A stretch of DNA of 62,970 nt, filler included, from Streblomastix strix (Eukaryota): assembly GCA_008636045.1 (NCBI GenBank). It is 4 parts of 4 records of this genome, joined end to end, with 100 filler letters (N's around TTAATTAATTAA, not from the genome) between each part and the next. Parts side by side here need not be neighbours in the genome. Positions count along the whole stretch, not along the records: positions 15,786 to 31,459 come from SNRW01000951.1; positions 31,560 to 47,222 come from SNRW01000952.1; 2 more parts are not named here. One strand, written 5' to 3'. A program made the position numbers and the translations under genes. The notes beneath the pieces are model-generated. The model saw nothing but the letters and a program-made list of their open reading frames with translations, was not told the origin of the DNA and searched no databases. Numbering within the stretch: position 1 is the first letter of the stretch; each line of letters opens with the position of its first letter. Of this stretch, positions 26,529-39,211 are shown piece after piece.

Positions 26529-29500
26529 ATGGCTAAACAACTACGTCTTGAGGACTACTCTTCTTCTCCAGAAAGTGAAGATTAAAGTGAACAATCTGAA
26601 GATGAAAAAATGATGGTTTAAATATAATTTTTTATTAAATTTATTGTTTTATATTTCCCATTCTTAGGAAGTAAAAAATGATTCTAGTATGTTATTCGAA
26701 AAGCATGGAAATAATTATGTTGTGTGTGATGAAATTCCTTTTGATACAAAATCTGAAGAATTTCGCTAGTATCTGAGCAAATTTGGTAATTTTTAGTTTG
26801 CATTATTATTATTTTTGTATTTATAATTAGAAAAATCATTTCTTTATTACTAGATTTCTATGGCTCGAGAATATGAATGGAAAAGAAGTTAGATAAGCCT
26901 TAGTCTTCTTCTCTACTTAATAAGAGGTAAAAAAAATAATTGGAATGAAATCACCAATATTCAAATAATCTCTCATTTAAATTGAGAGGTGCAATTAAGA
27001 TTTAAGGGAAATAAGTGAAAAATTTTATGACCTTATCTCAGAAAAAGATTTTAAATTGTATAAAAATAAAGTATGATAGCTTTATGAAGATAATTTAATA
27101 AGAGAAATAGGAGATTTTTTGTGTTCAATAAATTTATCCAGAAAAGAAGAAAAAGAATAAAATGGAAATTATCCTAAAATTTCAGCGAATGATCTTCTAT
27201 TATCTAAATTTGCATGTATTATTCTTATGAAAATCTTATAACTAATTCCTTAATCAATAAACTCTTTTATAAATGTTCATATACTAGAAAATATTATTGA
27301 TTTCATTAATTCCCTTCCAATGCACTCCGCAAATCAATCACATACATAATTGCTTGCTTATATGATTAATATTGCAAATTCAGGAATGAAACTTGAACTG
27401 TAATAAAAAGAAGGACTGCAAACTTTATCTCATCTTCTAAGTCATTCAAATATACAAGTGAAAATTGATGCTATTTCTTCTATTGGTGGTATTATTAGTT
27501 GTAAAGAGAGTTGAAGTGAAAAAAGGAAACCTCATCCACTTTTCGAATAAATGAGAAGAGATGGAGTCATTCATTCAGTGAATTATAATTGTATTCTTCA
27601 TGGGGAGACAGAACAGCTAAAAATAAATGCAGTTATTGTACTTGGCATATTGTTAAGGGCATAAGACATACAGCAGCTGAATATAAGAGATTCTCTAATC
27701 AAACAATTGAAAAAGTCGATTATTGAGAATAATAGTTTAGCAAAACTTGATTATTTTTTAAGTTTAATGTGTGGCATGGCTGTAAAATAATGTTTGTAAT
27801 ACTTATTTTATTTGTTTTTGAATTTATTTTTTCTTTAATTTATTTAAAGCTAATGTATCTGAAATTATTTAAGGTAATTTTATTGAAACAATTGCAAAAC
27901 TTGTAGATTCATAAAATGAAAATATTAGGAGTTATGCATTGGTGCTTTTGCTGAATGTTGCTTAGAATGGAGGAATCGAGATTGAAAATGAAGTTAAATC
28001 AGCAATTGGCAATCTCAAATTCATGGAATTAATTGGAGATTCAGATTAAACACTTAATGAACAAGTTTTACAAATTGTTATGAAATAGTCTAATGATGAA
28101 CAATTGAAATAAATTCATAAAATTTTAAACAAATTACATAGATATAATCATGCTGACGAAAACTAAAAGAAAGAAATATTGACTGATGAACTTATTCCTA
28201 CAATTCTAATACTTTTCAATTAAGCGAATGAACAACTTATTTAATTATAATTAAATAATAAAACAATTTCTTCTCTTACAATTGGAACTATAAACTATTG
28301 TTGCTTTTCTCTGATATAAATGATAAGTAACAATTCTCAAACTGCGATTGAAATTATCAAAGCAGGGTTCATAACACAATTTGAAAAGTTTTTTGAACAT
28401 CTTCCTCTTCTTTAAGCAAAAACTATCCATTTTAATCTATTGGAAATCTTAGTGAAATTAGCATCAGTCAAAAATCATCAATTTCTCTTCTAAACTGGAG
28501 TATTCTAATCAATTTGTAGATTTATTTCACATACATCACTAACTATTATTGAATCTATTTTAATTACATTATATAAAATTGTATAATCTGGATTAATATA
28601 TGCTTCTTCCAATTCAAACTCTGAAATCTAATTTCCTATTAATTAACTTCATCCATATTTTAACATATTGAAAAATGATGGAACTTTAGACAATTTAGAA
28701 AATATTATTATTTCTAATAAAATTAATGCTAATATAAGTGAAATTATAATTAAAACGCTTATCTTGTTGTATAGAGGACATCCAATGCCATCATCTTTGT
28801 TAAATATTGCATTAAACTTGTTAAATAATTAACTTCGAAATGGTTTGATATAGAATAAAGTTAATATTCAATCGCTCCAATATATTACAATTAATTCACA
28901 AAATCATGAAGTAATTTTGAGTAGTAACATTATCCAATCATTAGTTTCTAAAATATATAACTTTAGTTCATAAGCAAAGATGGAAATATTAATTGCTTTA
29001 AGATTAATATATGTGAAAGGAAATATCAACACTTAAAACTTGATTAAGTAATTAGCGCCATTAGAAAAGATTGAAAGTTTAATCAACAGATAAAATCTTA
29101 CACATTTAATCTATATGTATAACAGAAATAATAATGCTTTGAAGTACTCTAATGCAATGTAGGATAATAATCTAAATAAGTAAATATTTGCTTTGATGGT
29201 TTGGTATTAAAATGAAAAATAAATGGATAAAATCTTTAATTATAAAAATGATATTGAAGAATTACTTGGCAAAGATTATATGATTGATAAAATTAAATAA
29301 AATTTGATTGAAAAAGAAATGGAAAATGAGAAAATAGAAATAAATAATTGGGGATATGAAAATCAAAATGATAAAGAATTTATATTGAATGATTAAAATA
29401 AGAAAAATATTTGGAAATATGTTTAAATAATGATTACAACTGCAGAAGAGATTAAAGATAAAGAATTATTTTAAGGAGCAATGATATTAGTTAGAGAATC

Positions 29501-30989
29501 TTTATACATGATTTTATTTGAATAAATCAAACAATGGAATTAATAAGCATTAATTGAATCAATTGATAATTTACAAATAATTCTTAATAACTCAAATGAT
29601 GACTTATATTTCAATTTAATTGATTAATCAATTTGTAGTGAACTTAAATTTATTATCGATGAAAGCAAATAAGAATAATAATTATCTATTTTTGAAAAAT
29701 CAGTTTCATTATCTGCTTCAATTGCTTATCATGGAAAATAAATGAGTGGAAACAATGAAAATAATCGATTTTCCGATTTTTTCATATCTTCGAAATTATA
29801 ATATACCCTTGAACAAATAGTGAAAAAAGAACTTGCTTTTAATAAGAATAAATTAGAAAATTGTCTTAATTAAATAATATTTTCTGCTGCTATAGGAATA
29901 AGTTGTATTGATATTTACTGGCCTTTTAATCCATTTACATTTAATAAATGCATAGAACTATTTTAATTAATACTTATCACCTTTAATATGTAAATTTAGC
30001 AGCAATCAGTTGCAAATCACTCTATAAAAAACAATTTTATAAAGATAAACAATATTAATAATAATTTTGATATAGCAGCTGTTAGAAAAGTTATTGTTTC
30101 ACTCAATTGCTTAAGCAGTAATCAAAATGTCGCTCAAATAATGATTAATCAATTCAAGATGCTTGATTTAATTCTTCCTCTTATTCATCTGAATTGTAAT
30201 TGCTATTAATGTAGATATAATCCTAACTTAAATTTAATTTCAGATCTCGTCGCTGACACTTTCTGCACTCTCTAACGATTTATTTATGTTATGATACCAT
30301 CGTAAGTTGATGAATTAAACACAAGACATAGTATTTTTGCACACATTGCACCAATATTTCACACAATTTCAGATAATAATTCCATCAGTAAAATATCTTC
30401 GTCATCCTCATCTTTATAGTCTAATGAATATTTGTAAAATACACATAAATCATTTCTTTAATTAAATTCTGCACTTATTCTTCTTTATTCTTTAATGATT
30501 AAGTCAAAATCAATCACGCATTTGGCTTTTGCAGAACCAAACCTTGTCATGAAACTTATGCAAATTACCAAAAACAATAAATTAGATGATATGATTATCA
30601 AACAATCAAATAAATCTGTATAATATAATTCTTTAAAATTAATCAAAATTTTGAATAAATTTGGTAATTTAAAATAGATTGACTGGATGATTTATAATTT
30701 GAAAGAGCTGGATTTAATTCAAAATTAGATGAGTTCAGTTGGTGGATGCAGTAATAATGATGATGATAATATTCTGAGTGCTGATATTAAAATTCTAATA
30801 ACACTGTTTGAGAATTTGTATCATAAAAGAAACATCCAAATTGTAAATATAATTTCAAATGAGATTAAAGATGAAATTGAAGAGGATGGATTGATAGAAG
30901 AAAGTAATGCATTGATTTTCCACACTGATAATAGAAATGTTGGTGTTTAAACCAAAGCAATAGAGTTAAATACCAAAATTAATTTGTGA
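26529..30989 (+). CDS. Large ARM/HEAT-repeat protein (3 introns, two in-frame TGA)
   Basis: MAKQLRLEDYSSS...; repeated PHPLF..M..DG / LHPYF..L..DG units, PLIHLNCNC, EIEEDGLIEE; TGA at 27074 and 27512. Confidence 0.7.
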
Positions 30990-31459
30990 ATAATAATTAT
31001 TCTCTATTCATTGATCGGTATATTTATGACAAATGAAATATTAGTATATATTTTGTATAATAAATATATGATTGAGTTATCAGCCAGAATATTTGATAAA
31101 TAAAAAGGAAATAAATAACATCTACAAAATTTATACTTGTTTGATTCTTTTTTTATAACAAATAATCATGAATAATCTAAGAAATTGTGTCAACACAAAA
31201 AATAAATTTATTGAAAAATTCTAGAACAAAAAAATAGCATTTTCAAGCATATCCTTTAACAGAAATAATGTTCCTTTTATTCATTTTAATAATTTATATC
31301 TATTTATATATGTAAAAATTATTATTTTTAAAATATTACTATTCTTAACGATCAATTACAAAAGCAAATTATATTTTTTATTAAAAACACAAATTTCATC
31401 GCAATTATCAGTTGCAAATCCTAATATAATAATATTTAAAATTTTAATATTAACATTAA

Positions 31460-31559
31460 NNNNNNNNNNNNNNNNNNNNNNNNNNNNNNNNNNNNNNNNN
31501 NNNTTAATTAATTAANNNNNNNNNNNNNNNNNNNNNNNNNNNNNNNNNNNNNNNNNNNN
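31460..31559. other. Artificial contig-joining linker
   Basis: N44-TTAATTAATTAA-N44. Confidence 0.98.
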
Positions 31560-31807
31560 GCAAAAGAGGATTACAAAAAAGGACTAAGCGTGGAGAAATT
31601 TAAAAAATTTCTCAAATAAATTAGCACGCTTCCCTCTGGCATCAGTTTTCCTGCTAGGACAAGAGTCTCCAGTAGCGAACTCTTCTTTTGGAGGAAAGTC
31701 TACTGTGCTCTAGCAGGAAAACTGATGCCAGAGGGAAGCGTGCTAATTTATTTGAGAAATTTTTTAAATTTCTCCACGCTTAGTCCTTTTTTCTAATCCT
31801 CTTTTGC
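31560..31807. repeat. ~98-bp near-perfect inverted repeat at contig start (probable fold-back artefact)
   Basis: 31560-31657 is the reverse complement of 31710-31807 with about one mismatch. Confidence 0.85.
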
Positions 31808-32479
31808 AAATATTTTTATCAACTACCCATATCACTTTTATTGTAGCTGATTCGCGGCTTTCCCACGATCAGCATCGCCGAATAAAGAGGATGAGCTACT
31901 CCATTACATGGTTTGTTTCCTAAAATCAAAGAATAATAATTATCAATAAATTTTAAAAAGAAAAATATTTAAATAATTGATGGATAATCTTCAATAATAG
32001 ATAGAATATATACGACACAATTGAAAGAGGATTCAGCTCATAAACTCAAAAATAATAAAAAAAATATTTGTGAAGTGAAAATAGCAATAAACAAATATAA
32101 ACTACAAAATCAATTCTAAAAAGTTACATAAAAAGAAAATTTTAATTCAAAAATTAGTAAATCAATAATTATAAATAACAAAAATGAAAAAAAAATTTGG
32201 AACGGAAATTTCAAAATGACCCCTAAAAAATACAATAAAATAAAAACTTACCCCGAAAATGTGAATATTATTTCATTAAACAATACAAATTATATATATT
32301 TTGTTCTTATAGTGTCGAAAAAATATGTTATTTTGATGGACTTATTGTGAAATTTTAAAACGGTTGGATTTTTAATTTTTGATACGTTAAATATCTATTA
32401 AATATTTTTAAATAATTTGAGATAATATTTTTAATTTACAATCTTTTAAATATTTATTCACAGTTAAAATTGAAAATTT

Positions 32480-33400
32480 TTTATGCCAGATTATAAAGTT
32501 TTAGCGGATCACTTTAAGCAATTTTAACAGTGCTTTTAAGCTCTCTTTGCTTTCTAGACCGAGTTAATTCACTTCTATTGAAATATAAGACAAAATGTAT
32601 AGAATAAAAAATGTTTTATATACTTTTCCACAGTTTAAATAAAAAAGTTGATTTAGGCATTAATTTTGAAAATTCGATGCGGTCAATGTTTGAACCGTAG
32701 GTTACCGTAACTCCAAAGGAAGTGAGGTCGTTTCTTTTTTCCAGTGAAATGTGAGGCATCAATGATCTTCAAGCCCAAGTAACTGAATGCCTGTACTTAT
32801 TCAATTAGAAACAATGTCAGACCTAATGTAAATCTATCAAAATCTGGAAGCAAGTTTTGGTTGATTGAATCAACGAAAAAATTAAAATGCACAAAGCGCC
32901 AGGGTAAAGCGAAGTCGCAGATTTAATGAGAATGTAAAGATGCAATGAATTTGAAATAGCATTAGAACAGGCATGCACCATGGGACTTGGGAAATTGCAG
33001 TAAGAATTTTCGTAAAATGTTGATTATCCATCAAAGCAGAAAGTCAGTGAGTTTATTGTTTGACATAAAATGAATTTTGCCACATTCTTTAACCGATTGA
33101 TCGTGTTTTAGCTCGCGATTTTCGTAAGTTTTATCGTGCTGAATTAAGAAGATTAACGTTGCTAACAGCTGAATAACTGAAAACTACATCAAATATAGCT
33201 GAGTTAAAGAGAAACAATATCATTTTGACTACTATTGATTCATCAAGATAAGTAACCACAATTCTAAACTGTAAATCAGGTTTCTCTGTAACAGGTCTTT
33301 TTCCTCGATCTGTCGATAAGGCTATTAAATATAGATATGTTATTGATGATAGTGATGCACCTATTCATCCCAAAGGCAGAAAAACAAAAAAACAAAACAA
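32480..33400 (+). pseudogene. pogo/Tigger-type DDE-1 transposase remnant
   Basis: HILQPIDRVLARDFRKFYR (LQPLD-type motif, 33081) and NCKSGFSVTGLFP; the upstream part is heavily deleted. Confidence 0.65.
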
Positions 33401-35183
33401 CAAATGGACTAAATATTGGATTATAAATTGAAAAAAAGAAAAGAAAAAGAAGTGATGAAAATGAATATATTGAAGAGAATGAAGCATTAATTAAGTCAAA
33501 AAATAAATAAGCAAAAAGTAAAAATAAATGATTTTTTATTTTATTAAATATATTAAAAAAAGGCCCTTTAAAAAAAAGATCCTTTTAAATGCTTAAAGTT
33601 AATAAATATATTTTAACAAATTCAAACAATTAAGTTTAATTCCTCTAGTTATATGATTTTGAAACATTTCTAGTAATATTTACAATAATTTTTGATTTCA
33701 CAAATAAATATCGTATTAAATACATTTATTATAATTATTTTATAACGAAAATTTTCTAATTTCATTAATATAGTACAATTATTGCTTTTCAGCCAAATTT
33801 ATGAATTTGAATTATTTAACATTTAGGTTATTCCAATTACGAAATCTAAGAAATATGCAGGATTATCTGCTAAAATTTCTAATTTGATGAGTAAAAATAT
33901 TAAAATTTTTTAATAATTTTATATCTTAACTTTTTTTAATTTTTGAAATTTTATTTCAATATGTTTTTTATAAATAAAACAAAAAAATTATTTTTCAAGT
34001 CTTATATATTTATATATTAATCAAATATAATTTATATTTTGTTGATATATGATAATGTTTTCAATGATTTCTCTTTGGTCTTCAGTTCTAAAAAAATTCA
34101 ACAAATTTTAACTTTGATATTAAAATAACTATTAATAAATAAAAAACACATAAAAAAAAAGAATTTGTACTATTTTTATTAATAAAATATGAAATGCAAT
34201 ATTTTTTAGATGTTATCTCTAACTGAGGTGTAAAAATTATAAAAATGAACAGTAATAATTTTTTATAATTATTTTTAATCAAATAATTACTGTATGAAAC
34301 ATTTATAGGGAATAATTTTCTAAAATTTAATTAAATTAAATTAGTAAAAGCAATATTTTAAGTTCATTTATTCTGAATAAAACAAGTAAATAAATGAAAA
34401 TTATTTAAATACACTTAAAATATCAAATTCATCTTCAAAGTTATAGATTTTGAATAATTTTAAGAAATTAGAAATTTTAATGAAAAATTTCCAAATCAAA
34501 ATAATTAGCATATCAAATAAAAAATCTAATATTTTTCAAATTAGTTTGAAATAATTTTTTTATACTGTTGAAGATCCCTTATGACATTTTTAATTTTTGC
34601 TTTAAAATTAATTGTATTTTAATATTATTTTATTTAAATAAATTCCAAGTTATAACCAATATTTTTCATAAAATATTATTTTTGAAGAAATTATTGCTAT
34701 ATTTCAATAATTAGAAGATAGTTTTAAATATTTAAAAATAATTTATTTTTTTATTTAAATAAAAAAAATATTTAAAAAATATTTAAAATTTAAAATAATA
34801 ATTTCTTAATTAAAATTTAAATTTAATTTTAAGTACTTTTTTAAATTCTATTTTTAAAATATTTGATCTATATAATTCAATTTTTAATTCATTTTTTTCT
34901 TTTAAATTTCAGTATCGAGATGAAAATTATTGAAGCACTATATTAGATTTGGCGAAGGTAGTTTAAATTATTTTTTTTTATTGGTTCACTTTATCACTAC
35001 GATTTTCCTGTGTTACTATTTAATTAATAAAAATAAATTTTAGAAGAATTAGCGAGAAAAGTTAATGTTCTTATTAAATTTTGTTTTGTTGCTTGAATGA
35101 TTGTTAGTTTGGATTGATATTTGGTAAATGTTTTACAATAAATGAGTATTATTAATAATTATAGTAATTTAGTCATTTTGATT

Positions 35184-35252
35184 GTGACAGTGGCCCAATG
35201 GATGGATACATAAATTTTCCAAGAGGGCGTGGGTTCGAATCACACAACTGGG
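35184..35252 (+). pseudogene. tRNA-like remnant (A box and B box, no valid anticodon arm)
   Basis: GTGGCCCAATGG ... GTGGGTTCGAATCACAC; partial CAGT/ACTG acceptor pairing. Confidence 0.5.
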
Positions 35253-35492
35253 CCGTTTTTGCATTTTGTGATTTAGAGCCAAAATGCAAAAATTTGTAAG
35301 AAAAAAAATTTTTTTTTCGATTTTCGACAAATTTTTTAACCCCTCTTTTTTTAATTCTATTTTTTATTTTAATGATTTTTGGGATATTCAAGAGATGTTT
35401 TTTCTATATAATTTTTACAAATAAGAATTATCCTTAAAAATTATTTTTTTCAACATTCATGGGTATATTGATGAAAATTATATATAAAATAA

Positions 35493-35825
35493 ATGTAAAA
35501 ATAAATTACTAAATTTATAGATGATAAGGCGTTCAAAGTTGATAAAATTAAATTAGTGGATTTCATTAATAATTTGAACTTCGTTTTTAAAAATAATTTA
35601 ATATCAATAATTTAGAGGAATAGTTTGAAGATTAAACTATTTCTTACTGGCATAAGATTTATCTCGATAATTTTTAAAAATATCATGCTGAACGAATAAA
35701 ATCAAACGTTAAACCTTAAAAAAACCAAAAATTTAATAGGAACCAATTAAAATTAAGAATCCATTTAGGAGTAAAGTCAAAGATAAATCTGAGATAGTAT
35801 AAGATATTAAATTGAAACCATTAAA
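35493..35825 (+). pseudogene. Truncated 5' part of a Polinton-type integrase gene
   Basis: Copy of 36791-37122 that stops at IKLKPLK. Confidence 0.65.
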
Positions 35826-36453
35826 GCACGCTACCATTGGAACCGATCCAGTTGAAGATCCTTTATATCATTTTTAATTTTTACATTTAAAATTAATTGT
35901 ACTTTAATATTTTTTTAATTTAAAATATACTAATTTGTAACTAATATTTTTCATAAAATATTATTTTTGAAGAAATTATTGCTATATTTCAATACTTAGA
36001 AGAAAGTTTTAAATATTTAAAAAAAATTTGGTTTTTTATTTTAATAAAAAAAAATATTTAAAAAATATTTAAAATTTAAAATAATAATTTCTTAATCAAA
36101 ATATTTAACTTAATTTTATAAATGTTTTAAATTATTTTTTTAAAATATTTGGTCTATTTAATTTAATTTTTAATCCATTTTATTTTTTTAAATTTCAATA
36201 TCGATACGAAAATTATTGAAGCACTATATTAGATTTGGCGAAGGAAATTTAGATCAAATTTTTTAATGATTCACTTTGATACATTGATTTTATGATCTAA
36301 ATTTTATATTCCGATTTTTTTGGTTTATTAGTATAAAATAAATTTATACATTGATATATAAAATAAAAATTGGTTAGCAATTAGAAATACAATGGTTTGA
36401 GATTTTTCAAATAAAATTATTAAAAATATTTTGTTAAAAAATTTAATAAAAAC

Positions 36454-36656
36454 CCTGATTGTTGGGAATTGCTGCCACAACCCTCAACTCAGGTACTCTT
36501 TATCACAGCTGTGATATTCGGAATCCGTACTTTTGATGTGTACGGATGCTTCTCAATGTCTGCCAACATTGGCTATAGGGGGAATCGAACGTATCAAATG
36601 AAAGTGTTAGTTTCGGTGTAGCAGCACATATTCTACGATCCTAGCGAGAAGAGTAC
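36454..36656. ncRNA. Candidate structured RNA or multi-hairpin DNA element (unassigned)
   Basis: GC-richer island with five stems and a B box (GTTCGATTCCC) on the - strand. Confidence 0.35.
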
Positions 36657-36790
36657 AGATTAAATACTTAAATTTAAGTAAAATATTTTATATTAATTTT
36701 AACCTCATTTATCGTGTTTTGAAATTATAATCGAATAAAATTTTTATAAATTTAACTAAATGGATTATTAATAATAATTACATAAAATAA

Positions 36791-37720
36791 ATGTACAAAT
36801 AAATTAAATAATTTATAAATGATAAAGCGTTCAAAGTTGATAAAATAAAACTAGTGGATTTCATTAATAATTTGAATTTTGAATTTAAAAAGTTATTAAA
36901 CATCAATAATTTAGAGGAATTATTCGAACATAAAATTATATCTTAACTGTATAAGATTTGTCTTAATAATTTTTAGAAAAAAGATGCAGAAAGAATAAAA
37001 CAGAACGTAAAACCTTAAAAAACAAAGGTTTAAAAAGAACCAAAAAGAATTAGGAATCCGTTTAGAAGCAAAATAAAAGATAAAACAGATATTATATAAA
37101 ACATTAAATTGAAACCATTAAATAAAAATATTAACGTCCATACTTCTCATCTGAATTAAATAGCTGGGAAATTGATATTATGTTTATAATGCATCCACAA
37201 ATTAATAAAGTAATTCAATAATTTAGCATTAACTGTTTTGTTTTAATATTTACATAAAATATTTAGCAGTATTTCCTTTTAAAGATAAATCAGCTAATGA
37301 ACTATTAAAGTGTTTTAAATAATTAAATCTACCTAACTTGCATGCAATATTAGATTGAATGGTGAATCAGCGCTGGGAAGTAAATAAGTTAAAGATTATT
37401 TAATAGATAATGCCTTAAAATACTTATATAATTCATCTCCTTTTGTTAATAAAAATAGAGTAGTTGGCTCAGTAGTTAGAACTATAAGGAATGCGTTAGA
37501 AAACGATCCTTAATTAATGGCTAATAAAAAAATAGATATAATTATTTGTTGATGATTATAATAATAACACAAAACACTCAGCTTTAAAATAAAAATTCTT
37601 ACCAAAATAAATAAATGGATATTTAGTATCAGTAGCTGGAGTTGAAATTTTAACAATTTGCCACTGCAATAATAATGTTCAAAAAATTTTATATAATTTT
37701 TTCGAATGCACAAAGATTGC
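36791..37720 (+). pseudogene. Polinton-type (retroviral-like) integrase remnant
   Basis: RPYFSSELNSWEIDIMF, NGESAL, FVNKNRVVGSVVRTIR, NTKHS; colinear with 53001-54405; multiple frameshifts. Confidence 0.8.
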
Positions 37721-39211
37721 ATTACTAATTAAATTCGGTTATAAATATTTTATAATAATTTACAGATACATTGAACTGCAAATGCAGCATTTTGAACGGC
37801 AAAAGCAAGAGAAATTTTTTTATCTTTCATTTCCAATCTCATGAGCCATTTCTATCATTTCTTATTTTTTCTTTAGTGCTGAACCTTATCCAATCCGTGA
37901 TGCATTTGTTATCATTAATATCTGTGAATTTTTTTTATTTTCTATCATTATGCCTCTATAAATTTAAAATATTTAGTTGCAAATATTTAGCTCAGCAAAT
38001 TTCGTTCAAGCTCGAGTGCCCCTTTTAAGCCACATATGTATATTCGTATAAAATTTAAATTTTTAATTTATTTTTATAAGTAAACTATATTGTAATTCGT
38101 CAACAAAATTGTTTTACAAGCCAATTTTTGTAAGTGACTAAGAATCAAATGAGAAAGAAAAATAGATTTGTTAAGAAAATAATAAACTTATTGCTGAAAA
38201 TTTGAGTGAATTTTAATTTCTTTAAAGGTAATTAGAATGATTAAATTATATTAATATTAAATTATTTATTTTATATTCTATACATATTCATAAATTTATT
38301 TCATTTTTAATTGATTAAAAGCAAAAAGAACAAAAATCAAAAAAATTCTGTTTTAGGAGATAAATAAATTTGAAGATTTAATTGAAAAAATTGAAGATAA
38401 AATGAATATGGAAAAAAATTCAAGATCAACAAATGAAAATAAGAAAAATAAATAAATTTCAATAAAAAAGAATATTAAATGTGGGAAATGTACCTCTAAT
38501 AAATCCAATGAGTCTTCTTCATTATTATTCAGTAAATTTTTCCTTCATTTTCATTTTATTCTTCTTCATCATTCAATTCACATGTTCTTACATCTTAATA
38601 TTCTTTTTCACATGAAAAACATTAAACGAACACAATTCTCTTTAGAAATGTAATATAATTATTAATAATTATAGTAAATATGAACTTCTTATTTTTCATT
38701 TATTCAATTCGCACGTTCAAAATCAACTTAATTTTTCAACCGAGTCCAATTTTGGTTCAACTTCATAAACGCATAGTGATACATTAGACGAAAATACGAA
38801 AGAATATCTACATTATAGTTTATTGATAAAAAAAGACAGTGAATTAGAATAAGAAAATGCGATTAAAACAAAAAATTTAAATCTTGAAATTTATAATTAT
38901 TCTAAATAAAATAAGAATATTTAGAGCTGAGAACCATTATTCTTAAATTTAATGAGTGTTTATACTTTTAATTATAAAGAAAGTTAAGAAAATAAATTAA
39001 TAAGATGATTTTAACTTGAAAACTCAAAAAAATATTTTTCAATTTTTCGCTCATTCATTCAATTTTGATATTCTTATCAAAAATTTTTACTAATAATAAA
39101 AAGAAAATTATTTTTAAATAATTATATTCAAAAATTCTTTCTATTTGAAATTATTTATTAAATTTTTTTTTAATTTTTGGGGCGACAATTTCGTCTTGAC
39201 ATCAACTTGCA

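Larger units (their letters stand above)
34567..37122. repeat. Imperfect tandem duplication, ~1.29-kb unit (block A + variable spacer + block B)
   Basis: A: 34567-34958 matches 35851-36244. B: 35484-35825 matches 36782-37122. Confidence 0.85.

Noticed and set aside
31560..31807. Long inverted repeat as a hairpin telomere or MITE
   Set aside because: Begins exactly at a contig end and is near-perfect, typical of whole-genome-amplification fold-back chimeras.
36604..36660. Resemblance to U6 snRNA (GCAGCACATAT...ACGAT...GAGAAGA)
   Set aside because: The invariant ACAGAGA box and AGC triad are not intact and the 3' half is absent; kept only as part of an unassigned structured element.
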